From: Dehalococcoidia bacterium
GTDB lineage: Bacteria; Chloroflexota; Dehalococcoidia; Lucifugimonadales; UBA3495
Assembly: GCA_965203005.1 (NCBI GenBank)
Contig: CBDBBS010000003.1
Span: 4,783 to 68,782, forward strand
Direction: 5' to 3'
DNA length: 64,000 nt
Below are positions 57,082 through 64,000 of this stretch, piece after piece. Within the stretch, counting starts at the first letter, position 1, and the number at the start of each line of letters is the position of its first letter. Position numbers and translations under genes: made by a program. The notes under the pieces are model-generated. The model was not told the DNA's origin, searched no databases, and was given only the letters and a program-made list of their open reading frames with translations.

Positions 57082-58452
57082 GCTATTCAGGATCTGATAC
57101 TCCACGCACGGCGGAGTACACATCAGAGCCGTTTGACGCTTCACGGGCCACTGCCGGCGTAGCCGGTCTTACACGGTCTCCACGTCCTGGCACCGGGAAG
57201 CTCAAACCCGGCCATTGTTCCAAATTCAGTGCGGCGTTGAAGTCGCGCTCGACCGACGTGTCACATCCGCCGCAATACCACTGTCGGTCAGACAGCGTCA
57301 GATCGTCGTTCTTCCAGCCGCAGTGGGCGCACACCTTCGACGATGCAAACCACCGGTCCGCTTTCACGTACTCGGCGCCGTACCAACCGCACTTGTACTC
57401 CAGCTTGGTCAGAAAGCCAGCCATGCCAGCATCGGCGATGGCCCGAGCCAGACGGCGGTTCTTCATCATGCCCGCCACGTTCAGGGTTTCCACCACCACA
57501 CGCCCCGCCGACTTGGCTATCGCCGTCGTCGCCTTGTGATGATTGTCATCCCTGACATTGACGATCCGGGCGTGAAGCCTCCGCCGCTTGGCGTACAACT
57601 CTTCCCGGCGGTTCGAGTGGTTGTTCTTGCCGTGGACATTCCGGCTACGGGCTATGGCCTGGTCCACCCGTCGCAGTTTCTCCAACTCACCGACCAGCGC
57701 CTTCGGGTTCTCCACCGTGGTTCCATCAGAGCAGGTCGCCATCGTACCCAGGCCCATATCCAGACCGACGGTCGGCCCATCCTTTACTGGCGGCGGCTCC
57801 TGCCCGTCCTCGACGCAGAACGCGGCGAACCAAGTCCCCGCCGTGCGGTTGACGGTCACCTCGCGGATGCTGCCAGCAAAGCGCAGGTGCTCGACCATCG
57901 CTACCCGGCCGATCTTGGGTAGGATGACGACCTTGCCGTCCACCCGGACCGTGTCAGGCCCGTTGTCGGCGCGAAAACCCTGCTCGTGCTTGCGCCGCTT
58001 GAACCGCGGGAAACCCACCCGCCGACCGGGACGCTGGCCATCCTTCACCTTGCGACAGTACTCGCCCCAACCTGCAGCAGCTTGCCCCAAGTCGATGATG
58101 GTGTACTTGGCCGCGTTCTGGGACAACGCCGATCCCCACGGCGCGATCATGCCCTTGACCTTGTTCCAACGCGGCCGCAGCGTGCGCTCGCCCAGCCACT
58201 CGCCCACCTCCAAGCCCGCCTTGAACTCGGCCACCGCCCAGTTATAGGCGAAGCGGGCGTAGCCGGCGTGCTGACCGAACAGCGTCTCCTGCTCGGGCGT
58301 GGGCTTGAGGGCGACGCGATGGGCCTTCTTCATGAATACCACTATAACGGCGTTGCACGATTGCCGTCGCCAAGGTGGCGTCACCAATCTGAGGCGCGGC
58401 AACCGCTCCCTCCAATCATCAGATAGCATCATGAACCATCAGATAACAACAG
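57082..58452 (-). mobile_element. TnpB-only IS200/IS605-family element (family 2, copy B)
   Basis: Ends shared with copy A. The right-end tip (57082) abuts a truncated host ORF (56965-57081). Confidence 0.65.
57083..58333 (-). CDS. tnpB: TnpB RNA-guided nuclease family protein (family 2, copy B)
   Basis: Start ATG 58333 (MKKAHRVALKPTPEQ). VGLDMGLGTMAT, VVVETLNVAGM, CAHCGW...CGGCD...[10 protein letters not shown]. Confidence 0.9.
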   Translation of the reverse strand: MKKAHRVALKPTPEQETLFGQHAGYARFAYNWAVAEFKAGLEVGEWLGERTLRPRWNKVKGMIAPWGSALSQNAAKYTIIDLGQAAAGWGEYCRKVKDGQRPGRRVGFPRFKRRKHEQGFRADNGPDTVRVDGKVVILPKIGRVAMVEHLRFAGSIREVTVNRTAGTWFAAFCVEDGQEPPPVKDGPTVGLDMGLGTMATCSDGTTVENPKALVGELEKLRRVDQAIARSRNVHGKNNHSNRREELYAKRRRLHARIVNVRDDNHHKATTAIAKSAGRVVVETLNVAGMMKNRRLARAIADAGMAGFLTKLEYKCGWYGAEYVKADRWFASSKVCAHCGWKNDDLTLSDRQWYCGGCDTSVERDFNAALNLEQWPGLSFPVPGRGDRVRPATPAVAREASNGSDVYSAVRGVSDPE

Positions 58453-58726
58453 ATTCTAGCGAACAGTTGCACACCCCAGAGCTTGCGGAGACGGCCGCTG
58501 TTGCCGCTTCTGGAGAAAATGTACCGATGTCCCCTGATAAAGTTCCAAGGCCTCTCCGGGCTTCTGACGCACGGCGATCCTGGCGATTTCGCGCCAGAAC
58601 CCACGCTTTCGGCGGGGTTCGCGTCCAGTGGAGGCCAAGATGATTGCAGGTTACGACTGCAACGGTACCAACCTCATGCGATGTGATCGCACGGCGTAGG
58701 CCAAGCATCGCGTTCCCCTCGTCCGG

Positions 58727-59998
58727 TCAGTTGGATCTCTGCAGCGCGTTGCGAATGGGCGGGGATACCAGAGTGTCGCCTGTCGGGCTGGCCAACTGTC
58801 GTTCCAACGCGGTGAAGGCGTTGATGAGTTCGGGAGCCTCAAAGGCGCGGTTGCGGCGTCCCACGTTGACCTGGACCAGCACGCCGGCGGCGACCAGACG
58901 GTCCATGGCCTGGTTGGCCGCCTGGAAGGATCGCCCGGTGAGTTCCGCAGCGGTGGCCACCGTCAGCACCGGCGCGGCCGGCAACGCTGCGATGAGTCGC
59001 TGTACTGCCGAGTCCCGCCTCGGATTGCCTGCCCTCTGGCGCCAAACTTCCTGCAGCTGGCGCACCTGTTCCTCGAACTGCCAGGCGTCCAACACCGCCC
59101 GACGGGAGGCCGCGGCGAAGAGCGCAACCCAGCGGTTCATGCCGTTGTGGGCTGCCTCTGAACCGGGCTCGCCGACGTAGCGGGTGGCGGTAAGCCCCGT
59201 CACGTAGTCATCCGCCCACGTCGCCAGGACCAGGGAGACCGGCGGCAGGAAATGGGTCGCGATCCCTCGGCGGCGCAGCACCAGGTGGACGAGCACCCGT
59301 CCGGCGCGTCCGTTGCCGTCCACGAAGGGATGGATGGTCTCGAACTGGGCATGGGCAATGGCGGCCTGGGCCAGAGGAGATAGCCCGTCGTTGTTGCAGA
59401 AGGCCAGCAGGTCGTCCAGCAGGGCGGGGCCATCTTCCGGAGGCGGAGGCACAAAGGCGGCGGAGCAGGGGTTGTGCCCACTGCCGCCGATCCAGTTCTG
59501 CACGGCGCGGATGCGTCCACCGTGTTCCTGAAGGCGGGAGCCGGCCATCAGCCGACGGTGCGCCTCCAGCAGGATTTCCATGGTGATCGGCCCACCCGGT
59601 GCCACCGTTTCCACACCCCAGACCATGGCGTCGATGTTGGCCAGGATCTCGGCGGCGGTGACGTCCCGTACTTCCTCGCCCAGTTGTCGTGCCGCGTCGG
59701 CTCGCAGCAGTCGTCTGCCGCCCACCACCAATCCTTCAATGCGCGAGGAGGCCACCGACTCGGCCCGCAGCAGCAGCCGGGCCAAAGCTTCGGTGTCGGC
59801 CAGGGCGTCCGCCGCGGCGTTGAGACGTATCAGGTCGGCCTCGGCGTCGGCCACGTCCGCGGCCACATCGCCGTCGAGAACAAAGTGGCGACCCGCCAGG
59901 GGGTCCGGCCGGTAGACCGAGTAGCGGCAGGGTCGCCGGTCCCGACGGGTCAGGCCGGTGAAGGCGGAAGTCCAGAGGCGTTCTTCCAGGTGGGCCAT
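58727..59998 (-). CDS. Fic family protein with C-terminal wHTH
   Basis: Fic motif HPFVDGNGRAGRV. Confidence 0.9.
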   Translation of the reverse strand: MAHLEERLWTSAFTGLTRRDRRPCRYSVYRPDPLAGRHFVLDGDVAADVADAEADLIRLNAAADALADTEALARLLLRAESVASSRIEGLVVGGRRLLRADAARQLGEEVRDVTAAEILANIDAMVWGVETVAPGGPITMEILLEAHRRLMAGSRLQEHGGRIRAVQNWIGGSGHNPCSAAFVPPPPEDGPALLDDLLAFCNNDGLSPLAQAAIAHAQFETIHPFVDGNGRAGRVLVHLVLRRRGIATHFLPPVSLVLATWADDYVTGLTATRYVGEPGSEAAHNGMNRWVALFAAASRRAVLDAWQFEEQVRQLQEVWRQRAGNPRRDSAVQRLIAALPAAPVLTVATAAELTGRSFQAANQAMDRLVAAGVLVQVNVGRRNRAFEAPELINAFTALERQLASPTGDTLVSPPIRNALQRSN

Positions 59999-60129
59999 GG
60001 TACGAAACCTTATTCAAGGATAGCACGCAATATTGAATACAGGCGGCGCTGATTAAAGGTTCTCACCGCCGTTTGGCATCAGGAAAGCAGCGGCCCCTGA
60101 AGAGGCAGCGCAAAAGGAGCAACACACCC

Positions 60130-60846
60130 ATGAGAATGTACCCGAGACAATTTCCATCCGGTCGCCGCGGGAAGCCGAAGCGTCGTGCGGAACACAGAGT
60201 CTACGAGGCCCTGGTTGGCATCGACCGACGGGGCTTCGTCTATTACGAGTGGCGCCGGGGATACGAGCGCATCGAGCTCGACTTCGCCGTGTGGGTCGAG
60301 GGACTGGGCCGCTTCGCCCTGCAGGTGAAGGGCGGCCGCTACCTGCTCATCGACGGCGAGTGGCGCCTGAGAACCCGAGAGGGTTCCCGGCCGGTCAAGT
60401 CATGTCCACTGGACGAGGCCAAGCTGGCCGCCCTGGACCTGCACGACGACATCGAGGAGTGTGCGTGCACGTCCTACAACCCCTACGTCATCCCGGTGCT
60501 GTTGTTCCCCGACCTGACCGAGCCCGACGAGTCCATCGAGAGCCTGGCCAAACGCCAGGGCGTGTACCTCATCTGGGGCGTGGAGAACCTGCTCCATGAC
60601 CTCGAACGGATCATCCGGAGCCGCCGCGCGTCCGACCGGCTCGCCATGGAACGCATCGCCGCCGAGGTGCTGGCCGTGACCGACGGACAGATCCGGCTGG
60701 ACGCAGCCGCGGGAGAAATCGGCGCCAGACCAGGGCGCCCATCGGTCCTGTCCCTGACGATTGGCGGTCGCAAGGTGCTCCAGGTGAGAGCGGAGCGGAC
60801 GCATCTGCGGATTTGGAACCGCATCGGGTCCGGAGGCCAACTTTGA
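60130..60846 (+). CDS. NERD-domain (PD-(D/E)xK) nuclease-like protein
   Basis: ATG 60130 after AAGGAG. AEHRVYEAL...ERIELDFAVWVEGLGRFALQVKGG matches the NERD E / ExD / xVK pattern. Confidence 0.65.
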   Translation: MRMYPRQFPSGRRGKPKRRAEHRVYEALVGIDRRGFVYYEWRRGYERIELDFAVWVEGLGRFALQVKGGRYLLIDGEWRLRTREGSRPVKSCPLDEAKLAALDLHDDIEECACTSYNPYVIPVLLFPDLTEPDESIESLAKRQGVYLIWGVENLLHDLERIIRSRRASDRLAMERIAAEVLAVTDGQIRLDAAAGEIGARPGRPSVLSLTIGGRKVLQVRAERTHLRIWNRIGSGGQL

Positions 60847-60982
60847 GCAGTATTGCCCAGCGACAGATCAGACCTGGAGCGCCGATGGTCATCAGGGCCA
60901 CCGGCGTTTTCTTTGCCCGGGGACGGCGCGGCCGCCGTCATCCAGGGCTCCAATCACAAGATCAACCAAGGAGACAACCCAC

Positions 60983-62758
60983 GTGAACGACAAATCAGAC
61001 GTGGCGCCCGCCATCCTGCGCCTGCACCCGGGGCTGGACCAGGGCCAGCGGGAACTCGTCGGCCATCTTGACGGGCCCACCCAGGGCATCGCCGGTCCCG
61101 GCTCGGGCAAGACCCTGGCGGTGGTGCTCCGGGGCGTAAACATCCTGCTGCAGGGCAGGGCCAGGCCCGAGGAGATGGTGCTCTGCACCTACTCCCGCGC
61201 CGCCGCTCACGAGCTCCGCCAGCGGTTCATCACGCTGGCCACCGCCGCCGGCTGTAGGGGAGACCTCAACAGGGTGCGCATCGGCACCATCCACAGCCTG
61301 TGCCTCCGCATCCTGCGCTCCCACGCCCACGATACCGGTCCCCGGCCCAGGCTCCCGGTGCTGAACGAGGACCAGCAGTGGCGTCTCCTGATGCGACACT
61401 TCGACGACGTCTTCGACCCCGACCTGGACATCCTGGAGGGAGAGGGCTGGCGCTGGCGGGAACGGCACCTGGTGATCCGACACGGTCGCGAGTACTTCGA
61501 GCGGGTCTGCGACGAACTGGTCGACGCCGATGAGCTGGCCACTTGCCGTGATCCATTCCACGCCGCCCTGGGCTGGTGCTACGTTCGGTACCGGGAGCTG
61601 CTCCGGGACCGGGGCCGCGCGGACTTCGGCCACCTGCAGCGGTGGGCGGCGGAGCTCCTGGAGGATGACCGTATCCTCGGCCTGATATCGGACGGCATCC
61701 GCTACCTGATCTGCGACGAGTACCAGGACATCAGTTATGTCCAAGAGACGCTGCTGCTGCGGTTGTCCCGCAGCCACGGCAACATCTGCGTGGTGGGTGA
61801 CGACGACCAGGGCATCTACCGGTTCCGCGGGGCCAGCGTGCGGAACCTGCTGGAGTTCCCCGATCACTTCGCCGACTGTCACACCGTGGAACTGGGCGTC
61901 AACCACCGCAGCCATCCGGACATAGTGGATTTCTGCACCGGGTGGATGGCCACCGCCGCCGACTGGTCCAATCCGGATCCACTGGGCAGACCCTTCCGTC
62001 ATCCTAAGGGCATCACCCCTCATGATCCCGTCAGTCATGGGGACTACCCGGCGGTGATCAGGGTGAGGGGCCGGGGCGCCGGGAACGAGGGGAGGCAGCT
62101 GGCCGAGCTGCTCAATTTCCTGAAGTCCAGGGATGTCATCACCGGCTACGACCAGGTGGCGCTGCTGCTGCGCTCGGTGAAAGGCCGTAGGGCGGCCGGC
62201 TACCTGGACGCGCTGGAGCGGGCGGGCGTGCCTGTGAACCGCGTTTCGTCTGGTTCCCGAGGTCGTCGGCCCGCGGATGGCGGCCGAGCCATGACCGTCA
62301 CCACCATCCACCAGGCCAAGGGGAGGGAGTGGGACGTGGTCATCGTGGGCTCGCTGGGCTACGACCGCGCCGACACCGACCCAGTGGGTAGGGAGCTCGC
62401 ATCCTACTGCCAAAGGCCCGCCTTCGAGCCGGCGGACCGTATCGCCGATTTCGACCACGCGCGCCAAGCCTACGTGGCCTTCTCCCGGGCGCGGCATCTG
62501 CTGGTGCTGACGGCTTCCGGCAAGGTGCATCCACGTTTCAAAGACGCCTGGGAGCGCCTGCCCCGCTGGGACCGGATGGACCGCAGAGCTTTGGGCCGCC
62601 AGCGGTTCCGGCCGCCGGAGGTGCCCGAGGATGTGGAGCAGGTCCCCGAGCCAGAGCGGGTCATCCCATATCTGAAGCGTCTGGACGTGTGGGTGAGACG
62701 CGCGGGGGCGACGGGTCCGATGTCGCACAAACCGGAAGGCCGCCCGTTGCAGCGCTGA
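60983..62758 (+). CDS. UvrD/Rep-type SF1 helicase
   Basis: GTG after AAGGAG. Walker A GPGSGKT, DEYQD, VVGDDDQGIYRFRGA, TIHQAKGREWD, VAFSRAR. Confidence 0.9.
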   Translation: MNDKSDVAPAILRLHPGLDQGQRELVGHLDGPTQGIAGPGSGKTLAVVLRGVNILLQGRARPEEMVLCTYSRAAAHELRQRFITLATAAGCRGDLNRVRIGTIHSLCLRILRSHAHDTGPRPRLPVLNEDQQWRLLMRHFDDVFDPDLDILEGEGWRWRERHLVIRHGREYFERVCDELVDADELATCRDPFHAALGWCYVRYRELLRDRGRADFGHLQRWAAELLEDDRILGLISDGIRYLICDEYQDISYVQETLLLRLSRSHGNICVVGDDDQGIYRFRGASVRNLLEFPDHFADCHTVELGVNHRSHPDIVDFCTGWMATAADWSNPDPLGRPFRHPKGITPHDPVSHGDYPAVIRVRGRGAGNEGRQLAELLNFLKSRDVITGYDQVALLLRSVKGRRAAGYLDALERAGVPVNRVSSGSRGRRPADGGRAMTVTTIHQAKGREWDVVIVGSLGYDRADTDPVGRELASYCQRPAFEPADRIADFDHARQAYVAFSRARHLLVLTASGKVHPRFKDAWERLPRWDRMDRRALGRQRFRPPEVPEDVEQVPEPERVIPYLKRLDVWVRRAGATGPMSHKPEGRPLQR

Positions 62759-63088
62759 TAGCCAACGACAACTTCGGCGGCGACGTCCGCGTCGTCGCGA
62801 CCCCGCACAAGGAGGTGAAGAGCGCCATGCCCACTGAAATTGACGGCAACGCCCTGGCCCGGGGTCCCCCGGCGGAGGTTGCGTGATGTGGCTTCCAGGA
62901 GCCGTCGGCGCTACGACGGTCCGGTCGCATCCGCGCACCCCCGCGGGCAGACCCCTGCCCGGAAACCAAGGCAGCGCGCCAGGACCCTGCTGCGACGAGC
63001 TGATCCGGGAAATTCCCGGGTCGGCCCGTTTTCATGTTTGCGGGACCGGCGCGTTCATCAACACCAAATCTCAAGAGAGGTAATAGCT

Positions 63089-63787
63089 ATGAAAGTCGTG
63101 AAGAACAACGACGACAACAACCAGCCCCTGACCCTGGCCGAGCTGGAGGCGCTCCGGCAGTTCGAGGCCAGCGAACGGGACGGGCAGGCCGTGTTCCACC
63201 CCCAGCTGGCCGCCGGCCAGCCCGCGCCCAGCTGCGTCCTCCTCTTGGAGGGGATCGGACGCTTCGCCATCACCATCCTGGAAGGCCGCCACGCGGTGGA
63301 GAACGGCCGCTGGTTCCTTCAGGAGGCCACCGGCGCCATGGTGCCGGTGGACAACCCGCTGGAGCAGGCCTGGCAGGCCGCCAAGTCGGTCCGCACGGCG
63401 CTCAGGCGTGAGCTGGACCTCAACACCTACGTCATTCCGGTGGCCTGGTTCCCCGACATGGAGGAGGACGAGGCCATACTGGACGAGGCCGGCGGCCGCA
63501 GCGTGCGGCTGTTCTTCGGCCAGGTCGACCTGGCCGAGCGGCTGGTGAACCTCCCCAGGGAGGATGAGCTGCAGACCCACCTCGGCCGCCGGTACACCAA
63601 GCGGGAGGTGGCGGCGCTGAGCCGCCCCGCTGCGGTGGATCCGGATCCGGCTGAAGGCCCCAGGCCCGTCAACGGACGGGCCGGGGCGATGCACATCGGG
63701 CGGGTGGAGACCATGAACGTCCACATCACCGTTATCCACGGTCATGGCGCCGACGATACTCCCTCGTTCACCGTGCAGGGCCGGTAG
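63089..63787 (+). CDS. NERD-like paralogue lacking the predicted catalytic residues
   Basis: ATG 63089 after AGAGAGG. Shares GRFA..ILEG, NGRWFL and YVIPVAWFPDMEEDEAI blocks with 60130-60846, but has SCVLLL / ITILEG where NERD1 has ELDFAV / LQVKGG. Confidence 0.6.
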   Translation: MKVVKNNDDNNQPLTLAELEALRQFEASERDGQAVFHPQLAAGQPAPSCVLLLEGIGRFAITILEGRHAVENGRWFLQEATGAMVPVDNPLEQAWQAAKSVRTALRRELDLNTYVIPVAWFPDMEEDEAILDEAGGRSVRLFFGQVDLAERLVNLPREDELQTHLGRRYTKREVAALSRPAAVDPDPAEGPRPVNGRAGAMHIGRVETMNVHITVIHGHGADDTPSFTVQGR

Positions 63788-64000
63788 GGCACGAGTACGC
63801 CCGGGCACTAGCATGAGCCGTGTCCGGGCGTTCAGGGACCTGGAGTTGCACTGGAGTGGACTATGAGCAATCTGGAGGCCGTGGACGCCAAGGTAGAGCG
63901 CGCCCGCGGCCAGTTGCGCCGTCTCAGGGGATAGGCGGCGGATTTCTGCCGTGAGTGGTCCCGGCTGATCATGCCCGAGCAGTGTGGTGATCGCCGAGTG

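Noticed and set aside
63862-64000. Small ORF MSNLEAVDAKVERARGQLRRLRG* and following sequence at the window end
   Set aside because: It is truncated by the window edge, contains an in-frame stop, and cannot be interpreted.

Overview
High-GC (~63%) bacterial window with two parts. Positions 0.4-17 kb look chromosomal: a primary-like sigma-70 gene, an HNH endonuclease, a VapBC pair, a single-polypeptide GAF-PAS histidine kinase/OmpR-type regulator, and a minus-strand run of four secreted surface proteins (one collagen-like, three large Ig/FN3-repeat paralogues). Positions 17-64 kb are a heavily rearranged accessory mosaic. It holds at least 13 IS-derived loci from about 7 families: an IS607 tnpA+tnpB element plus three partial copies, a second TnpB-only family (2 full copies and 1 fragment), a long Zn-ribbon-less TnpB-like family (2 dead copies), IS21, IS701-like, IS630 remnants and an IS5/IS1182 remnant. 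It also holds a plasmid-type replicon (iteron array, Rep-like/AAA_25/Toprim operon), a ParA/RHH partition module, tRNA-Gly(GCC), two Fic proteins, two AAA_14/DUF4143 ATPases, two Uma2 endonucleases, an S8 protease, a Calx-beta repeat protein, PaREP1-like/HEPN-like genes, an ABC-ATPase+DUF4276 pair broken by IS21, and a NERD-UvrD-NERD cassette. No CRISPR array, rRNA or reverse transcriptase was seen. Best candidates for new biology: (1) the NERD / UvrD-helicase / catalytically degenerate NERD cassette at 60.1-63.8 kb; (2) the iteron replicon whose iteron cores abut the right ends of two TnpB elements; (3) orphan TnpB 3' ends that may still encode guide-RNA scaffolds; (4) the Zn-ribbon-less long TnpB-like family; (5) a conserved leader hairpin plus N-terminal KxRKxI motif shared by the three surface-protein paralogues. 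All family names come from motifs read by eye; nothing was searched or computed. Coordinates I derived myself (not from the ORF track) may be off by 1-3 nt.
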